Shown here piece by piece: positions 20,021 to 31,709 of a stretch of DNA of 64,000 bases. Under the pieces are notes generated by a model. It was given only the letters and a program-made list of their open reading frames with translations. It made no database searches and had not been told where the DNA came from. This stretch comes from an uncultured delta proteobacterium. Its GTDB lineage: Bacteria; Desulfobacterota; Binatia; UBA9968. How positions within the stretch are numbered: the stretch's first letter is position 1; each line of letters opens with the position of its first letter. The translations under genes were made by a program, and so were the position numbers. Location: the NCBI GenBank assembly GCA_963755715.1, contig CAVWLW010000054.1:142723-206722 (forward strand). The letters are read 5' to 3'.

Positions 20021-22373
20021 GCGAACTCTTGGTATTGCCCAATCCGAGTAAACTGAAATCGAAGCTGAAAGATGTCTTGGCGGGATTGATCGTACGATTG
20101 ATACTAAGGGTAGCGGTCCAACACTCACAAAAGGACAGGAATTTGGTGATGGCGCGAACACCAAGAAAGCGGCTGTCAAGTACATCGTAGGTGGTGCCGA
20201 CATTGACGAGCAGATTGTCGGTGAGGCGATAAAACAGATTTGCACCGACATTGCCGACGGTATTTTTGTTGAAGGGGTTATCCGGGCAACCCAGAGTGGT
20301 GGGTTGGGACGGGCAATTATCAACATTGAAATTGGCATTTTCGGCGAAAATACTATTCGTGACTGGGCCGACGCCATTGACGGCGATATTCGGGCCGCGG
20401 CGTAAAAACTGATAGCCAAGGCTCAGCGCGTTGGTCCGGTTAAAGTCCGGATCCAGCGAGCGGCGTAGCACGGGTCGCGGATCGAGAATGCTGAAGGTCA
20501 ACCGCGCCTGGGTGATCTCCCATGCCCCAGGATTGACGCCGCCGTCGAAAGTCATATCTATATACGCGCCAGGAGTTACCCTTAAATTGAGATCCAAGTC
20601 GGTTAAGCTGTCGCCGCCTTTGCGCGCTTTATCGATGTCGTAGCTCAACGCCAATTTGAGCGACGCCAACTGGCGAACGTCGCCGCTTCCCGGTCCAAGC
20701 ATTTCAACGTTGCTGTCCGACGGCGCGGCGGCGAGCGGGCTTGCGACTTTTCCCCAAAATCGATTGTTCACGGCAAAAGTAAAAACGTTTCGACGATTGA
20801 TCCGGTCGACCTCGTCCATAAGGGGAATATTACTTTGATTGACCCCCGGCACGAACAGATAACTTATTTCCGGCTCGAGGACATGTTTGACGTGGCTCAA
20901 GCCCAGACCGTTGAATCCAAAAACTCGGCTCACGGCGCTGCTGATATTGCCGCGGAGTTCAACTAATTCACGGGACACATTTCGGTCCGAAGATTTAACA
21001 GGAGTATACAGATGGTAAGCAGTTTCGCGCGGCGCGACGCTCAGCGCGCCGAAAAGACGCGAAGCCAACGAAAAGGGCAACACGGCCTCGGGCCTTAAAT
21101 CCATGCGCAGCCCGTCGCCGCCTACTTTGCGGATATAGCTTACGCCGTCCGCGCGCCAGCGAAATTCGAGCGGAAAATCGGACAAGAAGCGGCGCCCCCA
21201 CAAGCCGATGTTCGGGGTTCGTTGCAGCGTGCCGCTAGCGGGCTGAATGAAATCCTGGAAGAAATTGATTTCTCCTTTGAAAAACGTATCGCCCCAATTC
21301 CGAAATACCCCTGTACGCGAGGCGCCAAAGCGGCTTTGGCGAATATCCGAATCTTGCTGGATGGGTAAATCGAAGCGCTCGATGAGCTCGCGCGTGTACA
21401 AGTTATCGCTGTAGACCGCAATATCACTGAACGTAAGCCAGTCGGTAGAAGTCGTGTAGCGATGCGAGCCGACGATACTCCCACGGTTGATGGGAATCGT
21501 CGGGTTGGCGATGGTGTTGTCAACCACTGAGCGATCTGTCCGCCAAGTTTCGTTGAAATACGCGTTATCCATGCGAAAATATGATTCGCGATCGAACAGG
21601 GTGCGAAACTCGCTGATAAAGCCAACGCGGGCGGCGGTTTCGATGTCGAATTTGACGGTCGAGTCCGTGCTTTTGGACATCGCCCAAAAAAACGGCTGGA
21701 TAAATCTGAAACCCTCTTTCGTCGAATGGCCAAACTGAGGAAAAAGAAAGCCGGTTTGCCTTTCGGTCCTGAGCGGAAAAACACCATAGGGCAGATAAAA
21801 TACCGGCCAGTCCATGACGTAGAAATAACCGTGCTTGATCGTGCCGACGCCTTCGAGCGCGAGATCCATCTGTTCGGCGGAAAACTTCCACGACGGCGAG
21901 CCGCTCTCGCATAGACAAGTCGTAAAAAAGCCGTCGTCGACATGATAAGTTTGGCCGCCAAACTTTTGCAACCGACGCCCTGTCATACTGATGTGCCCGT
22001 CCTCGAGGAAAAGGTCGCCGTTTTGAATCTCCCCGGTTTCCTTTTCCAGGTTGAATTCGATAGCGTCCGCCGACTTGATCTTCCATTCCGGATCGTCGAG
22101 GGACACTTTGCCTTTCGCCTCCATGTCCTGAGTGGTGCGGTTGACCCGCACCTCCTCGCCTTTGATCGTGGTGTCACCGCGCTTGATTTCTACGTTGCCC
22201 GCGGCGTCGATCTGGTTTGCACCATCGCCCGTCGAAAGTTTATCCGCTGTTACGTTGATTTCGCTGGTGGAGCTTTGAGCGCCGCGGGTCATCAGCTGTG
22301 CTCTAGACGGGCCGGTAAAGCCCAAAACCACTACTGCGATCGCCGGGAGAAGAAAGCGGTATTCCAATAGCAT
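20013..22373 (-). CDS. lptD: LPS-assembly outer membrane protein LptD
   Basis: OstA-like N-domain, FTTC..PSW, PVFYLPY, RQTGFLFP, HVLEPEISY, C-terminal CECW. Confidence 0.88.
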   Translation of the reverse strand: MLLEYRFLLPAIAVVVLGFTGPSRAQLMTRGAQSSTSEINVTADKLSTGDGANQIDAAGNVEIKRGDTTIKGEEVRVNRTTQDMEAKGKVSLDDPEWKIKSADAIEFNLEKETGEIQNGDLFLEDGHISMTGRRLQKFGGQTYHVDDGFFTTCLCESGSPSWKFSAEQMDLALEGVGTIKHGYFYVMDWPVFYLPYGVFPLRTERQTGFLFPQFGHSTKEGFRFIQPFFWAMSKSTDSTVKFDIETAARVGFISEFRTLFDRESYFRMDNAYFNETWRTDRSVVDNTIANPTIPINRGSIVGSHRYTTSTDWLTFSDIAVYSDNLYTRELIERFDLPIQQDSDIRQSRFGASRTGVFRNWGDTFFKGEINFFQDFIQPASGTLQRTPNIGLWGRRFLSDFPLEFRWRADGVSYIRKVGGDGLRMDLRPEAVLPFSLASRLFGALSVAPRETAYHLYTPVKSSDRNVSRELVELRGNISSAVSRVFGFNGLGLSHVKHVLEPEISYLFVPGVNQSNIPLMDEVDRINRRNVFTFAVNNRFWGKVASPLAAAPSDSNVEMLGPGSGDVRQLASLKLALSYDIDKARKGGDSLTDLDLNLRVTPGAYIDMTFDGGVNPGAWEITQARLTFSILDPRPVLRRSLDPDFNRTNALSLGYQFLRRGPNIAVNGVGPVTNSIFAENANFNVDNCPSQPTTLGCPDNPFNKNTVGNVGANLFYRLTDNLLVNVGTTYDVLDSRFLGVRAITKFLSFCECWTATLSINRTINPAKTSFSFDFSLLGLGNTKSSLK

Positions 22374-22385
22374 TTGAATTGGCGG

Positions 22386-23696
22386 TTAGCTTTGAGACTG
22401 GGTCGTGCGGGCGCCGGCGGTTCTCGCCGCGGCGAATTCTTCGAGCATGGGACGCACCTCGCCGAGCAAATAAAGCGAACCCGCAACGACGATCATGTCG
22501 TCGGCCTGCGCTTCAATGAGAAGTGTGCGCAAGGCCGCTCGGGAATCTGAAATGACGCGATGGCCGATCGGGTCGGCTATTTTTTGCGCCATTTTTTGCG
22601 GATCGGCGCTCCGCTCCATCTCCACTCTGGTGAAAACCACCTCATCGACCACCGCCGTCAGGCCGCGCAACATGATTTCCCACTCTTTGTCAGCCATAGT
22701 TGCAAATAGCAGCTTGATTTTGCGATGCGCGCGCGCATTGCTCAGTTCGTCGACAAGAGCCCTGACCCCTTCGGGGTTGTGCGCACCGTCCAAAATGACC
22801 CGCGGTTGTTCCAACATGACTTCCAAACGGCCGGGCCAGCGCACTGTTTGTAAACCTCGCCGGATAACGCGCTCACTTATGGGAAAACTCCCCTCTGCCA
22901 ATTCTAGCGCCGCGAGGGCCAAGGCCGCGTTGGCTCGTTGATGTCGGCCACGAAGCGCCAAATTTAATTCAGAGAAATGTTGTTTTATCCCTCTATAATC
23001 GAAAAGCCCCTCATTTTTCAAGAAAAAACTGAAGTTTGTCCCAAGAAAATACGCCGGCGCGTGGCGTTCGCGGGCGATTTGTGCCAGCAGCTCGGCAACT
23101 TCTGTGGAGATCTTGCCACAAACCACGGGTACGCTCGATTTGATGATTCCACCCTTTTCACGAGCGATCGATAGCTCGTCGGGACCGAGATAAGCCTCGT
23201 GATCTTTGGAAATCGTCGTAATCACAGAAACCAGGGACGTGACCAGATTGGTTGCGTCAAGCCTGCCGCCCAAACCGACTTCGATAACAGCGACATCGAC
23301 GTGGCGCCGGGCAAAATAGACAAACGCCATGACCGTGATGAATTCAAAAAAAGTCAGCGCTACGTCGGCTGCGGCCGTGCGCTGCCAGATCTCATCGGCG
23401 AGCCCGACGACGTCGTCTTGGCTGATCTCCTCATCGCCGACGCGGATCCGCTCTGTAAATGAAACCAGGTGGGGTGATGTGTAAAGGGCGGTTCGGTAAC
23501 CTGCCAATGACAGGATGCGATGCAATATCGCTGCGGTCGAGCCCTTGCCGTTCGTGCCGGCGATGTGAAACGAGCGAAACCTATCCTGCGGATAGTCGAA
23601 CAACTCTAGCGCGCGTTTCATTCGATCCAGGCGCAGATCGATCACCCCGCCGCGCAAATTGTAAATTTTCTCTAGGGTATCGGAATATGTATCCAT
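22386..23696 (-). CDS. folC: Folylpolyglutamate synthase/dihydrofolate synthase
   Basis: HIAGTNGKGST, YTSPHL, EVGLGGRLDATN, WPGRLE, LDGAHNP, GSLYL. Confidence 0.95.
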   Translation of the reverse strand: MDTYSDTLEKIYNLRGGVIDLRLDRMKRALELFDYPQDRFRSFHIAGTNGKGSTAAILHRILSLAGYRTALYTSPHLVSFTERIRVGDEEISQDDVVGLADEIWQRTAAADVALTFFEFITVMAFVYFARRHVDVAVIEVGLGGRLDATNLVTSLVSVITTISKDHEAYLGPDELSIAREKGGIIKSSVPVVCGKISTEVAELLAQIARERHAPAYFLGTNFSFFLKNEGLFDYRGIKQHFSELNLALRGRHQRANAALALAALELAEGSFPISERVIRRGLQTVRWPGRLEVMLEQPRVILDGAHNPEGVRALVDELSNARAHRKIKLLFATMADKEWEIMLRGLTAVVDEVVFTRVEMERSADPQKMAQKIADPIGHRVISDSRAALRTLLIEAQADDMIVVAGSLYLLGEVRPMLEEFAAARTAGARTTQSQS

Positions 23697-23767
23697 GCGG
23701 CGCCCAACCCGTTCGTGCGGCAAAGCTGCGCTTGCGGGCTGGTTATTTGGCGGGCCAAGTTGCCGAG

Positions 23768-24580
23768 CTAGTGAGAGCGCGCGACTTGTCTGAGCGCTTG
23801 TTTGAGTTGTGCGACGAAGGCTCCCGCCTGCTTGGCCTTTTTGTTGTTGCCCTTGGTTTTTTCGATCCGCTCTACCAGGGCGCTGCCGACTACCGCCGCG
23901 TCGGCAAAGCCGGCGATCCAGGCGGCCTGTTGCGGCGTCGAGATGCCGAAACCGACACCCACCGGGAGAGCAGTCACTCGGCGCACCCGGTCGACTTGCG
24001 CACGCAAGGTATCGTCGAAGGAACGGCGCGCGCCGGTCACGCCGGTCACCGAAACATAGTAAACGAAACCTCGGCTGGCGCGGCCGACCAACTCGATCCG
24101 ATCGGCGCCGCTCATCGGCGAAAGCAAAAAAATCAAGTCCAATCCGACTGCGTCGGTCCACTGTTTTAGCTCGCCGCTCTCTTCGGGCGGCAGATCCACG
24201 CACAGCACGCCGTCCGCGCCCGACGCCGCGGCTTGGCAAGCGAAGCGCTCCAGGCCGAAGCGAAAAAGCGGATTGAAATAGCCGAACAGAACCACCGGCA
24301 CCTGCGACGACTGGCGAAACATATGCACCAAGCGAAAAACCGCCGGCAAAGACACCGGCCGCTTGAGCGCGCGCTCGGAAGAGCGTTGAATCGTCGGCCC
24401 ATCGGCGGTTGGATCGGAAAAAGGGATGCCGAGCTCGATACAGTCGGCGCCGCCGGCGTCGAGAGCGCGCAGGATCTTGAGAGTCGTTTCCAGATCGGGA
24501 TCGCCCGCCGTGATAAAGGGAATCAGCGCGGCTTCGCCGCGTTTTTTCAGTTCAGCGAATGTTTTTTTAATACGGCTCAT
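23768..24580 (-). CDS. trpA: Tryptophan synthase alpha chain
   Basis: ELGIPFSDPTADGPTIQ, VSVTGVTG, VGFGIS, VVGSA. Confidence 0.97.
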   Translation of the reverse strand: MSRIKKTFAELKKRGEAALIPFITAGDPDLETTLKILRALDAGGADCIELGIPFSDPTADGPTIQRSSERALKRPVSLPAVFRLVHMFRQSSQVPVVLFGYFNPLFRFGLERFACQAAASGADGVLCVDLPPEESGELKQWTDAVGLDLIFLLSPMSGADRIELVGRASRGFVYYVSVTGVTGARRSFDDTLRAQVDRVRRVTALPVGVGFGISTPQQAAWIAGFADAAVVGSALVERIEKTKGNNKKAKQAGAFVAQLKQALRQVARSH

Positions 24581-24673
24581 GGACTTACGAGTAGCTCAAT
24601 AGTTTAAAAATTTAAGCGTTCAAAGGAGTTCATCTCAGGCACACTCTTTTACTTTTAACCCTTTGCAACCTGC

Positions 24674-25894
24674 CTAGAGTTTTACGCCGAGGTAATCGCC
24701 GACGGTCATCATGTCCTTGTCGCCGCGACCGGAAAGATTGACGATAACAGTCTGCCGCTTAGTTAGCCGGCGCGCCAATTTCGTTACGGCGGCGATCGCA
24801 TGGGCGCTTTCAAGCGCCGGAATGATGCCTTCGACTTCGGCAAGTAATTTGATCGCCGCGATCGCTTCTTGATCCGTTGCCGAATCGAATTCAGCCCTGC
24901 CCGAGTCGCGTAGGTAGCTTAATTCCGGGCCAACTCCCGGATAGTCGAGCCCGGCCGCGATCGAATGGGTCTCGGTGATCTGTCCTAGTTCATTCTGCAA
25001 CACGTAGCTCTTGCTGCCATGCAGCACGCCCACCGTCCCGCCCTGGATCGATGCCGCATGCTTGCCCGTGCGAAGGCCCCGGCCGGCCGCCTCGACGCCG
25101 AGCATTTTGACGCTGAGATCGCGCACGAACGGATAGAAAAGCCCCATCGAGTTGCTGCCGCCGCCAACACAAGCGACCAAATAGTCCGGCAGCCTTCCCT
25201 CTTTTTGGCGGATCTGGCGGCGCGCTTCGCGGCCGATGACCGATTGAAAATCGCGCACCATCATCGGATAGGGGTGCGGTCCCGCGACCGAGCCGATCAG
25301 GTAATACGTGCTGCGCACATTGGTCACCCAATCTCTCAGCGCTTCGTTCATCGCGTCTTTGAGCGTCCGGCTTCCCGCCTCTACAACCCGAACCTTAGCG
25401 CCGAGTAGCTTCATGCGAAAAACGTTTAGCGACTGGCGCCGCACGTCTTCCTGGCCCATGAAAATTTCGCACTGCAGGCCGAAACGCGCGGCCACCGTCG
25501 CGGTCGCGACGCCGTGTTGGCCGGCGCCGGTCTCGGCAATAATGCGCTGCTTGCCCATGCGGCGTGCTAGCAAAATCTGACCGATCGTGTTGTTGATCTT
25601 GTGCGCGCCGGTATGGCACAGATCCTCGCGCTTCAGATAAATTTTCGCGCCGCCGGCCTTTTCGCTTAACCGCTCGGCAAAATAGAGCGGCGTTTCGCGG
25701 CCGGCGTACTCGGTCAAATAGAAATGGAATTCTTTCCGAAATGCCGTATCGCGCCTGGCTTTGGCGTAAGCTTGCTCCAGCTCGGTGAGCGCCGGCATCA
25801 GCGTTTCGGCGACGTAGCGCCCGCCGTACGGACCGAAATGGCCGCGCCGATCAGGCACTTTTGGCTGCAATGATAAATTCTTTGAGTTTCTCAT
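24674..25894 (-). CDS. trpB: Tryptophan synthase beta chain (start may be GTG at 25858)
   Basis: [47 protein letters not shown]. Confidence 0.97.
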   Translation of the reverse strand: MRNSKNLSLQPKVPDRRGHFGPYGGRYVAETLMPALTELEQAYAKARRDTAFRKEFHFYLTEYAGRETPLYFAERLSEKAGGAKIYLKREDLCHTGAHKINNTIGQILLARRMGKQRIIAETGAGQHGVATATVAARFGLQCEIFMGQEDVRRQSLNVFRMKLLGAKVRVVEAGSRTLKDAMNEALRDWVTNVRSTYYLIGSVAGPHPYPMMVRDFQSVIGREARRQIRQKEGRLPDYLVACVGGGSNSMGLFYPFVRDLSVKMLGVEAAGRGLRTGKHAASIQGGTVGVLHGSKSYVLQNELGQITETHSIAAGLDYPGVGPELSYLRDSGRAEFDSATDQEAIAAIKLLAEVEGIIPALESAHAIAAVTKLARRLTKRQTVIVNLSGRGDKDMMTVGDYLGVKL

Positions 25895-26480
25895 GATCCT
25901 TGATACCCGGACGCGCTTCCACGCCGCTGCAAACATCGATGCCGAAGGGATGGATGCGTTTGATCGCCGCAGCCACGTTGTCCACCTCGAGCCCGCCTGA
26001 AAGAATCAGCTTGCTGGCATCGAGCCCGTCGAGCCATTCCCACGGAAACGCCGTCCCCGAACCGCCATAACCTGCCGACCACGAATCGAGCAAATAAAAA
26101 TCCGCGGAAAAATCGGCCAACGCCGCGAGCGATGCTTTGTCTTTCAAACGAAATGCTTTGATGACCTTCAGGTCCCAGCCGCGACAATAATCCGCGCTCT
26201 CTTCGCCGTGAAATTGCAGCGCGCTGTAGGCTTGCCGTCCGTCCGCGAACTTTTCCCCAGGGGCGATCACTTGCATGACATTTTCTCTGGCCGCGTTGAC
26301 AAACAACGCAATGTTGAACGACTCACGCGGCAAGCGCGCGATTATCGCGCGGGCTTTCGCTGGCGCGATCGCGCGCGGGCTCGGCGCATAGAAATTAAAC
26401 CCGAGCATGTCCGCGCCGAGCTCGAGCGATTTTTCCGCGTCGAGTAAGCTCGTGATACCGCAAACTTTGACTTTAACCAT
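25851..26480 (-). CDS. trpF: Phosphoribosylanthranilate isomerase
   Basis: VKVCGIT, QFHGEE, GGSG..FPW, LSGGL, DVCSGVE. Confidence 0.95.
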   Translation of the reverse strand: MVKVKVCGITSLLDAEKSLELGADMLGFNFYAPSPRAIAPAKARAIIARLPRESFNIALFVNAARENVMQVIAPGEKFADGRQAYSALQFHGEESADYCRGWDLKVIKAFRLKDKASLAALADFSADFYLLDSWSAGYGGSGTAFPWEWLDGLDASKLILSGGLEVDNVAAAIKRIHPFGIDVCSGVEARPGIKDHEKLKEFIIAAKSA

Positions 26481-26554
26481 TTCGTGCTCGTCGGCGTGCT
26501 CGTACTTACAACTCGTGCCTGCGCTCAATCACGATCACGAGCCACGAACACGAC

Positions 26555-27332
26555 TTACATTAAAAGCTCTCTTAGCTTTTGTCCCGGCGCGGACGCGCGC
26601 ATGAGCGACTCGCCGACCAGAAAGACATGCACGCCGAGCTTTTCGACCCGGCGGATCTGATCGAGACTATCGATGCCGCTCTCGCACACTACGGGCGTGC
26701 CGGCGGGCACGAGCGGCGCCAGGCGCTCGGTCGTCGCCAGGTCGACCGCGAAGGTTTTAAGATCGCGGTTATTGATGCCGATCAGTTGCGCGCCAGCGGC
26801 GACGGCGGCACGCCAATTCTTTCTCCGTGTGCACCTCGACCAACGCATCCAACGATAACGCGGCGGCTTGCGCGCAGAACTCACGCAGCAAGGCCGGTTC
26901 GAGCAGGGCCGCGATAAACAGCACGGCATCGGCGCCGTAGCTCTTCGCCTCGACAATCTGGTAGGGGTCGAGCATGAAATCCTTGCGCAACAGCGGCACG
27001 CTCACCGCGTCGTGAATTTCTTCCAGATAAGTCAAACAACCCTTAAAAAAACGCTCCTCGGTTAATACGGAGATCGCGCTCGCCCCGCCCGCGGTGTAAT
27101 CCTTGGCAATCGACACCGGCTCGAAGTCAGCGCGAATCAGTCCTTTCGACGGCGAAGCTTTCTTGATCTCGGCGATAATTCGGCGCGCTTGGCCGGTTAA
27201 GCTGCGCGCGAAGCCGCGCCTCGGCAAATGGAATAGCGGCCGATCACGCAACATTTCGATCGGCGCCTCGCGCCGCCGCCGCTCGACGACTGTGCGCACA
27301 TGCTCGGCGATGGTGGCGAGAATTTGAGCCAT
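26555..27332 (-). CDS. trpC: Indole-3-glycerol phosphate synthase; +1 frameshift near 26812
   Basis: IAEIKKASPSKG, SVLTE, LRKDF, LVEVH; second frame IGINNRDL, ESGI, LVGESLM. Confidence 0.92.
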
Positions 27333-27338
27333 GCAAAG

Positions 27339-28355
27339 CTAGGCGGCGTTGGTCATTTCAACCAGTTGCGCAAGTTTCTGCCGCGCTTTCCCCGAATCGA
27401 TGGATTCCGCCGCGAGCTGGATGCCGTCTTGAATCGTCGCGGCACGGCCGCTGACGTAGAGCGCGGCGCCGCCGTTAAGCAAGACCACTTCCCGGGTCGA
27501 ACCTTTGTTGCCGTCCAATATCGCCTTTACGATCAGCGCGCTCTGCTCGGGATTGCCGCCGTGCAATTCTTCCAGGCGACACCGCTTGAAGCCATATTGC
27601 TCCGGCTCGACGGCGTATTCTTTCACCGCGCCGTCGCGTAACTCCGCGACTTTCGTCGGGCCGCAAAGGGAGATTTCGTCCAATCCTTCCAAACCGTGCA
27701 CGACCATCGCGCGTGCGCTGCCGAGGTTCTTGAGCACTTGCGCGATCATGCCCACCATCTCGCCGCTGTAGATGCCGATCAGTTGATGTGTGGCCATGGC
27801 TGGGTTGGTCAGGGGACCCAAAATATTGAAGATCGTACGGATGCCGATGTCGCGGCGCGGCTGCACGGCGTACTTCATCGCTTCATGGAGCAGCGGCGCG
27901 AAGAGAAAGCCGATACCGATTTTGGCGATGCATTGCTCGACCCGCTCTTTCGGCGCGTCGACCTTGACGCCCAAAGCGCCCAAGACATCGGCGCTGCCGG
28001 ATTGGCTGGAAACCGAGCGATTGCCGTGTTTGGCGACGTTCACGCCGGCGCCAGCCAACACGAACGCCGTGGTCGTTGAGATATTGAACGTGCCTTTCTG
28101 GTCGCCGCCGGTGCCGCAGGTATCGAGCACCGTCTTAGCGCCGACGTTCACCCGGTGCGCTTTTTCGCGCATGACGCGCGCAGCTCCGGTGATTTCCCCG
28201 ACGCTTTCCCCTTTCATGCGCAGGGCGGTGAGAAAAGCGGCGACTTGCAGCGGCGAAGCTTCACCGGTCATGATTTGGTTCATCACGTCGATCGTTTCCG
28301 CTTCGGAAAGGTCGATCCGATTCACCAATTTTTCAATCGCTTCGCGAATGTTCAT
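27339..28355 (-). CDS. trpD: Anthranilate phosphoribosyltransferase
   Basis: DTCGTGGD, NISTT, KHGNRSVSS..GSAD, FNILGPLTNP, GLDE. Confidence 0.96.
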   Translation of the reverse strand: MNIREAIEKLVNRIDLSEAETIDVMNQIMTGEASPLQVAAFLTALRMKGESVGEITGAARVMREKAHRVNVGAKTVLDTCGTGGDQKGTFNISTTTAFVLAGAGVNVAKHGNRSVSSQSGSADVLGALGVKVDAPKERVEQCIAKIGIGFLFAPLLHEAMKYAVQPRRDIGIRTIFNILGPLTNPAMATHQLIGIYSGEMVGMIAQVLKNLGSARAMVVHGLEGLDEISLCGPTKVAELRDGAVKEYAVEPEQYGFKRCRLEELHGGNPEQSALIVKAILDGNKGSTREVVLLNGGAALYVSGRAATIQDGIQLAAESIDSGKARQKLAQLVEMTNAA

Positions 28356-28371
28356 GCCCATGACCGCCGAT

Positions 28372-29076
28372 TTACTTGGTTGCCGCAAACGCCTTCGGAT
28401 AACTTTCCTTCGTGCGCAGCGTCTCCACCATCTTGTCCGCGTCGTCGCGCGAACCGAACTTACCGACACTGACGCGAAACCATGTTTTGCCGTTGTTCTG
28501 GACCTCCGTAACATAGGCGTTGTAGCCTTTATTCTTAAGCCGATCAACTATTTGCTGAGCCGAGCGCTCATCCGGAAAAGCATTCACCTGGGCACGCCAA
28601 GTCTTGCCCGGCTCTTTCGATTCCGCAGAGGTTGTTCCCGGTTTTTTTGGTGCGTCTTCGACTGCGATTTTCTTCTCGGCTATTCTTATCGCCGGTGCTT
28701 CCGTTTTGGCAACAACGGTTTTTACTTTCGGCTCCGGCTTAGCGACTTTTTCGACCAGCTTTGTCTCACGAGAATTTTCTTCCGCTGCGGCCAGTGAATT
28801 GGCGACTCCAGATAGAGAATCATTGAAGGTGATCTCATCTCTAGGTTGGGAGGGAGGCGCCGGTGCGGCGCTCGGTTCCGCGCTTCCTGGTTTGACCGGG
28901 ATCTTGACCAACGGCTCTTCCTTTTTCAGCAGTTTTCTTTCTTCGATGCTCTTGCCGACGAAAATCCCGAGAAAAAAAATGACCACTGTCGCCAGTGTGA
29001 ACGCCGCGCCGAGCAACACCATTTGCCCTCGGCTGAAGTAGAAGCGATTTTCCTTGCCTCTGCGATTTTCCGCCAT
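28372..29076 (-). CDS. SPOR domain-containing membrane protein (FtsN/DedD-like)
   Basis: N-terminal TM, low-complexity linker, C-terminal QVNAF...WFRVSVGKF; downstream of argS. Confidence 0.85.
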   Translation of the reverse strand: MAENRRGKENRFYFSRGQMVLLGAAFTLATVVIFFLGIFVGKSIEERKLLKKEEPLVKIPVKPGSAEPSAAPAPPSQPRDEITFNDSLSGVANSLAAAEENSRETKLVEKVAKPEPKVKTVVAKTEAPAIRIAEKKIAVEDAPKKPGTTSAESKEPGKTWRAQVNAFPDERSAQQIVDRLKNKGYNAYVTEVQNNGKTWFRVSVGKFGSRDDADKMVETLRTKESYPKAFAATK

Positions 29077-29104
29077 GAGTTTGTCCTCGCGCTTCGTTGG
29101 GCGA

Positions 29105-30787
29105 TCAACTATCCGTTTCCGGGCGAGTCGCCATTTTCATGGGCGCGTCGACGCCCAGGATTTCCAGCCCCCGGCGGACCGTTTTCTGCACGTTTTCGAT
29201 CAACAACAGGCGCGCCCGGCTTAAATCGCTGTCCTCCGAAATAACCCGCGTGCGATTGTAGTAGCGATGAAACTGGCCGGCCAGATCCAACAGATAAAAA
29301 ACCAGCCGATGCGGTTCGAGCTCGCGGACGCTTTCTTCCAAGACATCGTTGAACTGGATCATCGCGCGGATCAACTCCAGCTCTTCGGCGAGTTCCAGTC
29401 GCTCCACCGGGATGGCATGACGGTCGCCGAACTGTACGCCGCTTTTCGTCGCTTGCTCGAAAATGCTGGCGACCCGGGCATGGGCGTATTGGACGTAAAA
29501 AACCGGATTCTCGCTCGACTGTTTCTTGGCAAGATCCAAGTCGAAGTCCAGATGGCTGTCCGATTTGCGCATCAGGAAAAAAAAACGCGCCGCGTCCCGC
29601 CCCACTTCCGCCAAGACTTCTTCAAGGGCGACGAACTCGCCGGTGCGCTTGCCCATGCGTACGGGCTCTCCGCCGCGGGTGAGTTGAACCATTTGCACCA
29701 GAACAATCTGTAGAACATTGGGGTCGTAACCAAGCCCCTGCATCGCCGCTTTCAAGCGCGGCACGTAGCCATGATGATCCGCGCCCCAAACGTTGATCAG
29801 TTTTTGAAAATGACGCTCGAACTTATTCCGATGGTATGCGATGTCGGCGGCGAAGTAGGTGAGCTCGCCGTCGCTTTTGACGACCGCGCGGTCTTTGTCG
29901 TCGCCGAACTGCGTCGATCTATACCATTCGGCGCCGTCCTGCGAATAGAGCAAGCCGCGCGTGCGCAATTCGTCCATCGCGCGCTCGACTTCGCCGCGCT
30001 CGCGCATCGCCTTTTCACTGAAGAAGGAATCGAACTCGATGCCAAAATCTCGCAATTGGGCGCGGATGGTGTCAAGCAAAGAATCGCCGCCATACTCGCG
30101 GAAAAACATTACCGCCGCTTCTTTCGGTTCGGCCAAGAATTGATTGCCGTGCTTTTGCCTCACTTCAGCGGCGATCTCCATGATGTAATCGCCCGGATAA
30201 CCGCCTTCGGGGAAATCGACTTTTTCCCCGAACGACTCGCGGTAGCGCGCCAAGATAGAGAGGCCGAGATTTTCCATCTGATTGCCGGCGTCGTTGACGT
30301 AATATTCGCGCTCGACATCAAAGCCGGTGGCTTCGTGCAGGCGCGCCAGTACGTCGCCGATCACCGCGACCCGGCCGTGACCGACATGCAGCGGGCCAGT
30401 GGGATTGACGCTGGCGAACTCGACTTGCACACGCTCGCCGTGGCCGAGATCGAGTCGCCCATACTCTCCACGGGCAAGCGCGCGCAATTGCGCGTAATAA
30501 AATTTCGCCGCGAAGGTGAAATTTAAAAACCCTGGCCCGGCAATTTCCATGCGCGCGAGAATGCCGTCGGGATCCTCAATGTTCTTGAGAATCGTCTCAG
30601 CGATCGCGCGCGGCGGCTTTTTCGCGCTCTTCGCCCAGAGCATGGCAACGTTGCTCGAGAGATCGCCGAACTCGCGCTGCTTCGGCGGCTCAAGAAGCAA
30701 AGGGGGGAGCTCTGACGAATTCAGCCCTCCCCCCTTCGCCGCTTTCTCAATGGCTTGGGTTAAAAGCTCCCTAAGATGTTTTCGCAT
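29105..30787 (-). CDS. argS: Arginine--tRNA ligase
   Basis: EFASVNPTGPLHVGHGR, WGADHHGY, MGKRTGE, NPVFYVQYAHAR. Confidence 0.97.
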   Translation of the reverse strand: MRKHLRELLTQAIEKAAKGGGLNSSELPPLLLEPPKQREFGDLSSNVAMLWAKSAKKPPRAIAETILKNIEDPDGILARMEIAGPGFLNFTFAAKFYYAQLRALARGEYGRLDLGHGERVQVEFASVNPTGPLHVGHGRVAVIGDVLARLHEATGFDVEREYYVNDAGNQMENLGLSILARYRESFGEKVDFPEGGYPGDYIMEIAAEVRQKHGNQFLAEPKEAAVMFFREYGGDSLLDTIRAQLRDFGIEFDSFFSEKAMRERGEVERAMDELRTRGLLYSQDGAEWYRSTQFGDDKDRAVVKSDGELTYFAADIAYHRNKFERHFQKLINVWGADHHGYVPRLKAAMQGLGYDPNVLQIVLVQMVQLTRGGEPVRMGKRTGEFVALEEVLAEVGRDAARFFFLMRKSDSHLDFDLDLAKKQSSENPVFYVQYAHARVASIFEQATKSGVQFGDRHAIPVERLELAEELELIRAMIQFNDVLEESVRELEPHRLVFYLLDLAGQFHRYYNRTRVISEDSDLSRARLLLIENVQKTVRRGLEILGVDAPMKMATRPETDS

Positions 30788-31344
30788 CCGACCCTAGGCC
30801 CATTCTCTCCTGCTCCCGGCGCTGTTGCCGCCGCAGGACAGCAGTTTTGCAAGTGAATTTTGGGGAAATACTGTTGCTGGAGTAATTTAACGCAATGATT
30901 TCGCATGCGCAAACCAACGAGCCTCGCCCTTAATCACGCGACCCGTGTGACGGCTAGTCATATCCGACGGCAATATTTTAAGTATAGAATCTTGGAAATC
31001 GATCAGAATCTTGCAATCGAGTAGCGGTCGAGTTTCGTCGACGGGGTAATCGATGTCGAGCGATTAACGACACGTGCTGATTCCATACGCGGCGCGTGCT
31101 TGGAATAGAAGATTGACGGGGCGACCCACGCTTGTCGATACCCCCCGCGACGATGGCTGACGATTTGCGCAACAATAGATCCGCCCTAAAAACCGAACAG
31201 AGTTCAATTGTGACTCCGATGGTCTCGATATCGGCTGGGACGTTTGCTTGAGACCATAAGAGCGGCGCGTGTAGACCCGGATCGCGTTTTGCGCATGGTA
31301 GGGCTAGACTCATTAACGGACGCCCGAAGCGGGACTCAGATTGA

Positions 31345-31709
31345 AGGCCGATGGGAAGAGACCCTGGAAAAGGGCTGCTAGGGCTCGAAGAATGTGCCGG
31401 TCGGATCAAAAGAACTTCGCCGGCAACGTGAAGATCTTCTGAGCCGCAGGGTCGAATTGCAAAAAAAGTCTCGCGCTCAGGCAAGGGTCTTACCGATACC
31501 GACTCGGCTAATGGACGAGTATATCCGGCAGATGCGGCTACGAGAGAAGAAGCTTGGCTACAAAAAAGAATTTCTCAGGGAAATCTTGAAAGAAGTAAGA
31601 GTCCGTGGAAGTGAGGTAAGGCTGACTTACAGATTGCCGATGACAGTGAGAACTCCTCCATCCAAAGGCACAAACCCTCGGACAGGGGAGTTCTTTACAC
31701 TGTATCAAA

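Noticed and set aside
23697-24239. Long N-terminal extension of FolC (likewise the extensions on trpD, MBL, tsaC, cinA, surE and the last gene)
   Set aside because: The extensions overlap neighbouring genes in other frames; conserved domains begin at downstream starts.
26555-27332. trpC (and galU, cheA, pepF) as true pseudogenes or programmed frameshifts
   Set aside because: Intact motifs on both sides, no shared slippery site, and a uniform +1 pattern point to sequencing error.
27790-30526. Long antisense ORFs (e.g. 27790-28797, 29771-30526; also 48152-49030, 63230-63913)
   Set aside because: Shadow frames of well-supported genes in GC-rich DNA with no independent motifs.
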